The notes under the pieces are model-generated. The model did not search any database. It was not told the DNA's origin and was given only the letters and a program-made list of their open reading frames with translations. A DNA stretch of 64,000 nt, taken from contig CP154954.1 of the NCBI GenBank assembly GCA_039621445.1, positions 37,247,703 through 37,311,702 on the forward strand. The letters run 5' to 3'. The translations under genes were made by a program, and so were the position numbers. Every line of letters begins with the position of its first letter. Position 1 is the stretch's first letter. This stretch comes from Euglena gracilis. Its lineage: Eukaryota. This document shows positions 33,821 through 44,100 of the stretch, one piece after another.

Positions 33821-34011
33821 GGAGATGAACCACTCCAGTGTCTGTACTGTACTGTACTGTAACTCGGGCTTGCACTTCTCTGTCGGGCTTTGCTGCTGTC
33901 AAGACCAACAAACTTCAATATTTCAATGACTTGAGTTGTAGGTTGGAACTTCAGGTAGTTCAAAGCTTGAACCCCACCAGGGGCTTTCAGTTGTCCCACA
34001 TGATATGCGAA

Positions 34012-34036
34012 CGAAAAAAAATAGACACTCAGAAAG
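34012..34036 (-). ncRNA. SL exon copy (25 of 26 nt) forming the 5' end of E4
   Basis: Reverse complement CTTTCTGAGTGTCTATTTTTTTTCG directly against the TSD. Confidence 0.9.
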
Positions 34037-36553
34037 ATATTTGGCTTTTGGCCAAATTGGCTGGGCCTAATTCAAAATTTCACGATCTCTTCAAATAAGA
34101 GTACCGTGCAGAGTTACAGCGATCTGATAGCATCGCTGAACGGCTCGTCCAACGAGCTTTCGAATGAGGGGTAACATGGCCTATCGGCCAGCTACGGACG
34201 CTGAGATACGTCTTTGATCTTTTGACTGTGTGAGTGAGCTTTTGCTATGAGCGTCCATAATTTATTCTACAAAGACAACTTTTGGTTTCTATCTCATAGG
34301 CACTACTACATACAGTCAAAACCTCATGGCACGAGGTGCCAGAAATTTTGAAGCTTTTGTGGTGGTTTTGAGGCTATGCCAAAGTGACACTTATGCAAAT
34401 CTGCATAAAACTAGCCTATTTGGCTTGTTTTGGCCAATTCAGCCACTTTCAGCCATGTAATATGGCTTTTTGTGCAATTTTTTGAGGTCCTATGGACTTT
34501 TCACTTTATAATATGGATTTGTGGACCTTTGGTCCTTTTGGTCCTTGCAATTTGTGCAAATTGGTCCTATGGACCCATGGACCACGTGGGTAATGGCCCA
34601 TAGGCCTTGCGCATCATAGGATGTATTGGTCACATAGACCTAAGGCTAAGTGGTCAAGTCCACAAAAATGCATGTTTGAATGAATTTTCTTCATTTTTTT
34701 TGGGGGGGGGGCAACTATGTTGCAGATTTTCTCAAGGAATTCAGCCCATTTCCCTATCGGGATTCACTTCACTTCTGCAATAAGAAAAAGGCCATTTTGT
34801 TCACAAAATAGCTGTTCTTCACAAAGCTGTGCAAGTTCATGGGAAAAATGCAGTATTTGCAATGTATCCCAAAAACTTATCACACACCTTGTGTTTTTGG
34901 CAAATAACTTTGAAGTTGGCGCAATTGTGCGCTTGAATGATCAAAACACCTTTGGTGTTCGCCAATTTGACCAACAAGTTCGTGGTCAAAGAAGGAGGGG
35001 ATGGCTACTTTTGTTGCTTAAGTAAACCAAATCTGCATTTTGAGCATGTGGTTTGCAAATCAACAACAAAAGTGCCATTGTGAAATATGTACACAAACAT
35101 CTTTGGGACTTATTCCCGAAAGAATATGGTTGGGTTGGGCAGATACCCATTTGTAAGATATACGCAGTTATGCGAGATTTGCGCTATGTGGGGGGCGGGG
35201 GGGGGCGCATCTTGTGGGGAGGCTGTTTGCGGACTGCGCAATATGCGTGGTGGCGAGGTGTGCGCTATGCGCGGTGTGCAAAACAATATGCACGCGATGA
35301 GCGCTATGCGCGTGGGGAGCGCAATATGTGCGGGGTGTGAGCGACATTGGGGGCGCCTTATAGCGCGCGGGGGGGGGGGGGCATTGTGCGCAAGATTTGC
35401 GCTATGCGCGAGGGGGGGGGGCGCCATAGGCGCATCGTCTGTGCTATACGCACTTTGCGCAATATGCGCAGGGAGGCGCCAAAGGAACTGGGTCGGGGTG
35501 GGTGCCATTGGCGCTCGGGGGCGCCATAGGCGCGGGGCTGGTGGTAAGTTTGGTTTCGGTTATTTCCTTTTGTGTTTGGTTGTCGGTTGTGTGGAAATTT
35601 CTCCTAGAGTGCACACCATGGGGGGAAGGTGCGGAGTAGTTGTCCTTGTCGCGCATGTCGGTCTGCGGGGGTGAGTGTGTAAAAAAAATTGAGCATGCGA
35701 ATTTTGGAGCTGCTGGGGGTGTACAGGATTGTCTGAATCGACAAACCTGGTGGAAAACGAAAAGTTGAAAGCAGCTGGGCGACTACTCGACACCGTTTAA
35801 ACTTCAGGCCTTAGGGCTTTCGTCTTGGAACCCAGTGCAACGATCGGGGGTTAAGCTACTTGTTACCCCTACCGCATGTGGAACGTTTGTGAATATGCGG
35901 TGGGTAGGGGGGGGCACTTTCTCTTTACCCCGGGTTGAAAACGGTGTTGGTGTTGTTGAAAACGGTGTTGCTGTCATCGAAAACGGTATGTAAAAGTGAT
36001 GATTAGTGGAAGTTTGAGGGGGGGGGAAGAATTTTGCGGTGTTGTGTGCATTCTTGGAGGGGGAATCCACTCAACCACATGGACATTCATGGGCTATCCC
36101 ATGATGCACCACAGCTGGAAACACAAAAGTGTCTATATGTCAAAGGTTGGTGAAAACTTTGAGCGGGGTCACCAAAAAATCCTTGCACACTGACCAGAAA
36201 GGATACTGGGCAGGGGATGACTAGGGTCGCGACTCCTGTCACCTCCTTTCTAGTACCATCTGTAGTCCGTATCCTTGGATTTTTGGTTTCTTCGCTCAAA
36301 AACCGAACCGGTGGCCATATCAGCCATTGACTTTCTTGACGCATATACGTCTCTGAATTTATGAGCGCTAAAGCAGGGATGATCCCTTTGGTTACATGGG
36401 GGGTATCATCCCCCTCCCTGCCCGAAGCCGGGTGATAATCCTCGATAGAGGTTGCTCTTTGACCTACTTATGCCTTTTGGCTGAAGTACGATCTTTTGAA
36501 CTGCGAGTCATATCGCGATGGCTATGGCTTGGGTGGGGAGGAGTCGCATAGCG

Positions 36554-36595
36554 ACATTTGGGTGAGGGGTGGTTGGTGGATCCGCACAGTGAACA
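36554..36595 (-). other. CCHC zinc knuckle (CSLCGSTNHPSPKC) downstream of and out of frame with gag
   Basis: Manual translation gives a perfect CX2CX4HX4C. Confidence 0.8.
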
Positions 36596-36680
36596 TGTGG
36601 ATCGTGATCGATATTTTGAATTTTGCGAATGCGCATTTTGTGAAAAACGAGAACTGCATAATGAGGTTGATCCTCTTGGG

Positions 36681-39662
36681 TTAGTGTTGCGCTTTCGCGC
36701 TGCGGGATTTGGACAATGGCAAGATATATTTGTCCGAAAATTCTTCTGAAGAGCACGAATTGCGCAATTTGGATTCCGCTATAGCGGTATGTGATAAGCG
36801 TGACACTTTTTTCACAGAACTAACTTGTATAGCGGGTATTTCTGCTGTGGGGTGGCTCGTATAAGCCGACTGGATTTGTCCCAGAAGCTGTGATAGCTTC
36901 AGTTGTTTGGAAACATAGTTCCATCGCTCATCGAGCGTCAAAATATGTCCTGCGAGTTCCTCTCGGTGAATTTCTTTTATGAGTTTGGGTATAAAGTGCA
37001 GTAATACTGCGTCAAATTGCTCTTTCATTTGGGTTTCGCCTAACTCGTCTACTTCGGCTGCCAAACAGAGCCATTTTGAGTACCATAGGTCTATCGACCT
37101 CCATTTTCGGTCATGGGGGGCATATTGCCGCCATTTTCTCTCCAGAGTGATTCTGGAAACCAAACTTGAACATGAAGAAGCATATTGCTCTACCAAATCC
37201 TGAAAAGAAATGCGCCCGCGTATGACCAATTGTCTGGCGCGTTCCTTTTCGTCTTTTGGTAAACAGTCTATGAATTCCATTTTGATTACTTCTGGGTTTC
37301 CGTCTTGGGTTGGACCCTTCAAGTCCCAGAAGTATTCCCAATCACGCCAAAACTGTTTCCACGTTGTGGGGTCCCCATCCCATTGGGGCTTCACCTTTTT
37401 CGCGATAGCGATGATTCCTTTGATATCTTTCTGAGACTCCCATGGCCCTTCGGTGGTATTCAAGTGGGATGGGCCTGGGCGCAAAACCGCACCATGCGCG
37501 GGTACCTCGGTGGTTGCACCAAGTGTACTTTTGGGTGTATTTTGCGAATGCGCATTCAATATTCCACTTGGTGTACCATAGGTACCTTGCAAACTTGGTG
37601 AATCGCGAATGTGCGAATGGTGATGCTGATGCATCTCAGGATCAATACCATGTGCGGGAGTGCGGCTCATACCGCAACAAAGTTCATATTCCCAAATTTT
37701 TCGATTCCTTTGAGGGTTTCGTTTGTCTATCTCTTGAAAACCAACCCCATCATCCATTGGGACTGGTACCGCTGGGGGAGGGAACAGTGCATGAGCAGAA
37801 TCGCAATTTTGTGGCAATGTGCCAATAGGCTCTGCCACAGGTGCGCTATTGGCGCTTTTGGATCTGGAATCTGCGGCAAGTGTGCCTGCAACACCCATAT
37901 CGGGTTTTTGTTGTAATAAACGCAATTGTGCGTGTACTTGATCCAAATTTTCTGTAAAGTCACCAAAATTTTTCTCCAAATAATCGAGAATTTTCAGATG
38001 ATCGGTGATTGCACCAATATCTTCCTGCAAACGCTTAATACGCCTGCGGTGTTTGGACATATCGTCCAGAAGAGGGATTTTGTCAGAAAAAGACCGGAAA
38101 TCTTGCGAAATTTTTCCAAAACCACTTTCCAATTCCCGTAGTCGCACAGCTAGAGTGTGCACCGCTTCGGAAATAGGCTCCAGTTGTGGAGGTGGTTTGG
38201 AAGGAGGGGTATTTTGCGGATTCAGCACATTTTCAGCCATTGGCTGTTCCAAAAACACCGAAACTTGCGCGGATAGCGCTGAGAAATCTTTTTGCAAGTT
38301 TTTGACTTGCTGATTCACTGTTTCCTCGGTCCGTATCGGACCGTCACAAAATTGTTCCCTGACTTGTCCATTTTCATCACGCATATCTGCAGAAAATCGC
38401 TGAACCTCTAAATTATGTGAACATGGTACCGCATTGCGGTTCTGCAACTCCGCTATTGCGGTTTGGATGTCAACAAAATTGTTCTGCCACCTTTGGTGGT
38501 AAGCATCCTGCCTGCTTGCCATATTCGCGATATGGGCGTAAAAACTTGTTCTATCAGCAGAATTTTCACCACACCTACACGACTTTCGCTCTAATTGGGA
38601 AAGTCTTTCCTCTAATTGCTGCACATAAGTGCTGGAAGCGAAACCTTCACCAGGTTGGGTGTGCATATGGTGAAAATTTGCCGATTCACGGCTCATTTGC
38701 ATAACGTGCTGATGCGCTTCTTGGAATGCAGCAGCTGGAGTATCGAACTGCTTCAAGGTAACAAAAGCTCCCATATCAGGATTTTTGTGCTCAAAAAGTG
38801 CCGTTATTGGCTCCAGTTGATCACACAAAGCCTGCAAACTATGTTGCAAGTGGGAAAAATTCGCATCATTGCGGGATTGTATTTCAAACACTGTCTCACT
38901 CACTTTTAGGATTCTTTGTGGCAATTGTGCCTGCAAAAGTGTCTCAAAACGTTGGCGCAAGTTTGCCAAATCCACACAAGGCAATGCAAGAAAAGAACCC
39001 GTATCGGGTGGTGCTTCCAGTTGTCCTGTAGGACTTGGATCTGTGAGCGCATGGGGAGGTTGGATAAAACATGGTGTTTCTAACCCACCCTCAACAAAAA
39101 GTTGATGTGGCGCAACCGCCTCAGAATCAAATGTGCCTATCGGCATTGGTGCGAGATCTCGCTGGGGGGGAAAACTGTCAGCCGATCGGCTTTCCAACAA
39201 GAGAGATTGTGCCCGTCGGGCTATTGGTTGCTCGATAGAGCTGGGAACGGTGAGGGAATGCTCTATAGAGCTGGGGGTTGGAGGTAAGTGCTCGATAGAG
39301 CTGGCCACTGTGGGGGGATGCTCGATAGAGCTGGACACCTTTAGGTGTGGCACCCATTGCGTGGGGGGTTGCTCGATAGAGCTGTGGGGGGAATGCTCGA
39401 TAGAGCTGGAAAACGGGGTGGGGGAATGCTCGATAGAGCTGGAAACCACTGGGGTGGGGGGATGCTCAATAGAGCTGGGAGTTGCCCCATATAGGGCCAC
39501 ACACCTGGGTTGGAGCATATACTCCTGTGACAAATCTTCATCAAACTTTCTCAAAGAACTAATCAATTCTTGATAATCAATGACTGGGTTGGTGCTTGAG
39601 CTCTGCATAGTTTTATTTGCATAAACAGAAACAGACACAAGCAAACCCCAAAAGGTAAGCAA
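36681..39662 (-). CDS. Gag-like protein of the LTR element (likely ATG 39608); SSIEH repeats, coiled coil, capsid-like region
   Basis: Lies just downstream of the PBS; PQWDGDPTTWKQFWRDWE resembles the retrotransposon gag FxG...W..F motif; followed by a zinc knuckle. Confidence 0.75.
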   Translation of the reverse strand: MLTFWGLLVSVSVYANKTMQSSSTNPVIDYQELISSLRKFDEDLSQEYMLQPRCVALYGATPSSIEHPPTPVVSSSIEHSPTPFSSSIEHSPHSSIEQPPTQWVPHLKVSSSIEHPPTVASSIEHLPPTPSSIEHSLTVPSSIEQPIARRAQSLLLESRSADSFPPQRDLAPMPIGTFDSEAVAPHQLFVEGGLETPCFIQPPHALTDPSPTGQLEAPPDTGSFLALPCVDLANLRQRFETLLQAQLPQRILKVSETVFEIQSRNDANFSHLQHSLQALCDQLEPITALFEHKNPDMGAFVTLKQFDTPAAAFQEAHQHVMQMSRESANFHHMHTQPGEGFASSTYVQQLEERLSQLERKSCRCGENSADRTSFYAHIANMASRQDAYHQRWQNNFVDIQTAIAELQNRNAVPCSHNLEVQRFSADMRDENGQVREQFCDGPIRTEETVNQQVKNLQKDFSALSAQVSVFLEQPMAENVLNPQNTPPSKPPPQLEPISEAVHTLAVRLRELESGFGKISQDFRSFSDKIPLLDDMSKHRRRIKRLQEDIGAITDHLKILDYLEKNFGDFTENLDQVHAQLRLLQQKPDMGVAGTLAADSRSKSANSAPVAEPIGTLPQNCDSAHALFPPPAVPVPMDDGVGFQEIDKRNPQRNRKIWEYELCCGMSRTPAHGIDPEMHQHHHSHIRDSPSLQGTYGTPSGILNAHSQNTPKSTLGATTEVPAHGAVLRPGPSHLNTTEGPWESQKDIKGIIAIAKKVKPQWDGDPTTWKQFWRDWEYFWDLKGPTQDGNPEVIKMEFIDCLPKDEKERARQLVIRGRISFQDLVEQYASSCSSLVSRITLERKWRQYAPHDRKWRSIDLWYSKWLCLAAEVDELGETQMKEQFDAVLLHFIPKLIKEIHREELAGHILTLDERWNYVSKQLKLSQLLGQIQSAYTSHPTAEIPAIQVSSVKKVSRLSHTAIAESKLRNSCSSEEFSDKYILPLSKSRSAKAQH

Positions 39663-39905
39663 AGGAACAAACTCAGAAGGATGTGGCAGCGTATACTGCC
39701 CAGAGCCTCCTGAAGCTTGTACCTGTGCTTGGAAGTTGGCTCCAAACAGCTCGTGGATGCTTTGTAGCCTATAGGCTCAGCAACACTCACTGTTTGAAGT
39801 CACCTGTTAAGATGAGGGGGAGAAGGGGGGAGAAGGGGCGTAGGAAAGAAACCAAATCTGCTACCAAGTGTACGCCTTGGTAGTCTTTCTCTTTGTGAAG
39901 TATGT

Positions 39906-39932
39906 GTAGGTTCGTAACCTACTCTGCTACCA
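39906..39932 (-). promoter_or_regulatory. Primer-binding site complementary to a tRNA 3' end (iMet-like CUCUGCUACCA); partial duplicate at 39857-39874
   Basis: TGGTAGCAGAG immediately after the 5' LTR. Confidence 0.8.
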
Positions 39933-40353
39933 AGTGTACGTCCCCTGACTCTATTCCCACTGCCTGTCGGCCTACTTACACCCTCCCGTGGGAACAGAAC
40001 CAGGAGAGTAACAAAAAAGAAAGTCTTTCACTTAACTATTAGTTTTTATTGCCTTTGGGCTTTATGCAGAGCACAAGGCAAACCAGGTGTGATTTTGGAA
40101 CTTCAGTTCCAGTAGTGTTCTCCTATCGGAGTTCAAACCTTCAAATCTTTGATTTGCCCTTTTGGGCTGATGAAACACAAAGCAAAACAATAATACCACC
40201 TGTGAAAAGAGAAGGCAGATCCGAGATAGGATAGGCTATTCCTAATTCTGCAATTTGTATTGCAGAACATGGAATAGTACTATCTGGCATGACATTGTGC
40301 ATTTTGCAGTTTGCTGCTATGCACAGTGCCATGTTCATGCTGCCTGGTACACA
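39933..40353 (-). repeat. 5' LTR
   Basis: Copy of 26281-26700; abuts the PBS and the TSD. Confidence 0.92.
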
Positions 40354-40358
40354 TAAAC

Positions 40359-43300
40359 CCAACGGGCGTCATGTTTGACGAAAAATGCCGGGAGCCGAGG
40401 TCTGGTCCGCCCAATTCCCCGGAAAATGCTCCACTGCAGGAAACCTCTTTCAGCAGCTGGAAGAAAAAATTCCTGCATCAGCGGCAGGAGCGACGGCAGC
40501 AGGGGGGCACGCTGGTCCACGAGCGGGCGGCACGTAAATTGACCAAAGTCGTGGACCAATGGCAACAGATGGGACGAAATCGTGACATCCCGGCCAAGGG
40601 CCCTTGGGGGCTGCTTTTTTCTGGTGACATCAACCCCCTGCCTGGACCAACGGCGGGCCCGTGTGGTGAATGTGATCTCCTGCATGTCTTGGTGGAACAA
40701 CAAGTACAAGAGATGTTCAAAATACGGGCGGATGAGGAGCCTGCAAAAGGACCAGACGGGACGTCACCTCTCTTTCAGGAAAGAGAAGCCTTCTGGGTAC
40801 AGTGCACCCTGTGTGGGTGGTCAAGGCAAACAATAAATTCTGGGTGGTGCTTGTCCCACGTACAGCATTGTGCAGAATTACAAAACATTCTTTGCGGCCC
40901 GAGAAACACATTGCTGCAGGTGCCAGAAGAACACCTAGCCACAGGCAGGGAAGGTGTGGCTTTCAGCGGTGATGTCCCCCTGAACCCGTGCCCCAGGAAG
41001 GAATCTGAAGCTCACAAAAGAAAAGCACATGGCCATGGGAAAACTGGGCGGGAGAAGCTGTTCTGACCCATGGTGATGTGGAGCAGAATCCAGGGCCTGT
41101 GGAAGGCAGTATGGAAGTGGACTTGGGGGGGTGTCACTCCTTACAAGGACCGTGTCCCAGAGGTTTGCGCCCTTCATGGGATGAAATTGCACATGACCGA
41201 AGGACCACGTTGACAGTGATCCCCAGAGGAGCGCTGGGGGAAGTGGCACGAACCCTGACCCTCTTGTTCAGACGATTACGACAAGAAGGCTCTTGGGAGG
41301 CCTTTCACTCTTTGTGGTGTTTTCCAAAGGCAGTCCTGGCAAGCACTGGTCAGGGTGGACGATCCCACTGGGCCAGAATTGGGCGGCTGCTGTGTACCAG
41401 AGCCAAGGCGTACCTGGAAAAAGACGTCCATGAATGCTGGGAGTCGTCCAGGCCGTCGGAAGCGAATTTCGGATCCAGCGTCAAAACCCGATCAGCAAAA
41501 AGTAAAGAGGAGGAAATCCAACAAGAAGCCTTTCTCAACAGAATGCAGAAACTGGTGGAAAGAGGGGCAACGGCAAAGGCGCGTCAGGCAATGTTGTCAG
41601 ACGGAGTCCAAGATGCAAATGATGCAAAAATTCGTGAGCGTTTACGTCTGCTTCACCCATCAGAAGATCCGCCCGGGAAATGGCCCCCCGATGGAAGAGT
41701 GCGCCTGCCAGTCCCTGAGGGACAAGAAGGAGACGCCCACATGAAAAAGGCCGTGAGACGGGCCATCCTGTCCTTCAAAAACGAAACAGCAGGAGGACCG
41801 AGCGGGCTGACCATCTCAAAACATTGATCTCCGCACAGGCTGCGGGCTGTGGTGATGATTTACTGGAAGAAATCTCCGCCTTTGTCTTCTCGGCAATCCA
41901 ACAAGGACTGCCTTTGGAAATGGGGTCCATCTTGGCAGGAGCACGACTGACGCCGTTGAGAAAGAAGAAACCACAAACAGATGCTGCCGGTAATGTGATG
42001 CTGCATACGGACAACAATTTGCAACACGAAGGAACCAGGCCAATTGCGGCAGGAGAAGTTTTAAGACGGTTGCTTGCCAAAGTTCTGTTAAAAGAAGCCA
42101 CTGTACGAAACACTCTGATTGACGGGCTGCCTGGGCAAGTCGGTGTAGGCCATTCTGACGCTTGTGCTCTCACCAGTATTGCACTTGCAACAAATTGTTC
42201 AAGGACTGCAAAAGGCAGGGAAAACAGAATGGGCTGTTCTGCAGCTGGATTTTGCAAACGCCTTCAATCAATTGAAACGGGAACCCATGTTACATCAAGT
42301 GCGACAGCAGGTACCACACATGACAGCTTGGACTGAATCATGCCATGGTTCACATTCCCCTTTGTATTGTGGAAACACAAGCCTGAGGTCCAAAACGGGA
42401 GTTCAACAAGGGGACCCTTGTGGCCCGGCTCTTTTCTGCATTGCGGTGCAACCTTTGGTCAACAAAATTGCAGAAATGGTGCCATGGCAGTGCTGGTACC
42501 TGGACGACTGCCATCTAATTGGATCCATGGAACAGCTGGATCGTGTGGTGCGCATGCTTTTGGCAGACGGTCCTGCGATTGGGGTCAGTCTGAACATGGA
42601 CAAATGTCGGCTGTGGGGCCCAGCCGTCAATGATGCCTTTCGCAGATTGCCACAGGGAAGCAGTGTGTTGCAACGAATACCGGCAACATCCTTTGTGGAG
42701 GGATCTGGAATCAAAGCCCTGGGGATACCTGTGACGTACCCGGGAGATGACACGTTTGCGCGATCCATTTGGCAGGACAGATTGAAAGCTTGTGAAAAAT
42801 TGTGCTACTTGCTGCAGTTCATTCCTTGGCCACATTCGTTTCCACCTGTTGCGCCAGTGCATTGCCAGCTGCAAAGTAAATGATCTTCTACGAGGAACAC
42901 CGCTGAACTCTTCTGAAGATATGGTACGGCTCTTCTCTGCCCTGGTCCGTGACAGTTTGAGCAATTGCAGAAGACAGCTCACTGAAGCTCGATGGGAGCA
43001 ATCCACCATCCCCATTCGACTGGGAGGCCTGGGCCTGCACGATGCAATAAAGACCAGGCCAGTGGCCAGATGGGCTGCTATTTTGGATTTCTGCAAAAGA
43101 GCAGAACACAGTGTCTCGTTCCCGAAAGAATTGAGCTATTACCATCAGACTTCGTTCTGACAGGTCGCACAGTCGAACAAATCACGGGGGAGAGTCATTT
43201 GACAACTTTGATACTACAGGACTCCAATCGGATTCCTCACCTGGGGAAAGTGGAAAGTTCCCAGAAATTCTGGAACGACAAGCTCTCTGAGAAACGAGGA

Positions 43301-44100
43301 GCTGACTTGGTAACGCATTCCACCGGGGCTGACAAGGTGCGTATTTTGAGCCAACAGAAACCTCATGCATTGGCGTGGGTGGCAGCAAACCCTTGTGCAG
43401 CAAAAAAGACATTGATGCCCCCAGGTGAATTCCGAGCAGTTCTACAATGGACTCTGGGATGACTGTTGTAGCTCCACACGAAGGTTTGGAGGCAAAGTGT
43501 CCACGATGTGAGACAGTGATGGATGATCAAGGGAATCACCTGGTTTGTTGCACAAAAAACAATTTGGCACGGCGACATGCAGGAATTCAAAACTTCATCC
43601 TACAGCTGGCACAGGCGGCAGGCTATACTGCTCGGCGTGAAGAGGGCACTGGAGATGGAAGACGACCTGGGGATGTTTTCATCACTAGGTTCGATGCAAA
43701 CGGCCCGGCTGCAATAGATGTCTCAGTGCGGCATCCACTGGCGCCGTCCCACCCAGTGACTGATCAAAGTTGGGAACGCTGGCATGAAAGACAGGAGAAA
43801 GAAAAAGTGACAAAGTACAAAGATGTATGCAGCAGGCTGGGATGGTCACTTGTGCCCCTGGTCCTGGATTATTTTGGTGGCATTGGTGATGAAGGCAGAA
43901 TCTTTTTGGGGACCTGCATCCGAGCCATCCTGGGTCAGAAGGAGCCCTGGGAAAGAAGATCCTGCGAAGCAGAGTGCTGGCAAGGACAAAGCATTGTGTT
44001 GGCCCGAGAAGTGGGTCGACAACTGTCGTGGGCTCAATGCCTGGGATCTGAAGATATGCAAAGTCCTGTTCTGGCGCATCAACCTTATAATCTGGACTAA
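40359..44100 (+). pseudogene. E3 3' part: frameshifted polyprotein with three 2A-like motifs, RT and RLE
   Basis: GDINPLPGP (40623-40649), GDVPLNPCP (40968-40994), GDVEQNPGP (41072-41098); LDFANAFN, QQGDPCGP, WYLDDC, CPRC..NHLVCC, RPGDV. Confidence 0.88.

Larger units (their letters stand above)
28790..34036 (-). mobile_element. E4: full-length SL-headed CRE-like non-LTR retrotransposon
   Basis: Direct repeat ATATTTGGCTTT at 28778-28789 and 34037-34048; 5' end coincides with the SL exon; 3' end matches the poly(A)-terminated relative at 50920-50989. Confidence 0.92.
26281..40353 (-). mobile_element. LTR retrotransposon (gag present, pol not recognised) carrying nested insertions
   Basis: Two roughly 420-bp LTRs with few differences; 5-bp TSD TAAAC (26276-26280, 40354-40358); PBS TGGTAGCAGAG; PPT GGGAGGGGGA at 26701-26710. 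Confidence 0.9.

Noticed and set aside
18916-34036. Bona fide SL RNA genes or an SL-5S array
   Set aside because: No GT donor after the exon, unrelated upstream flanks, no 5S gene recognised, and the E4 TSD abuts the SL
39875-39932. tRNA gene
   Set aside because: Only a T-arm and CCA end are present, with no D-arm or 5' acceptor strand; explained as a PBS
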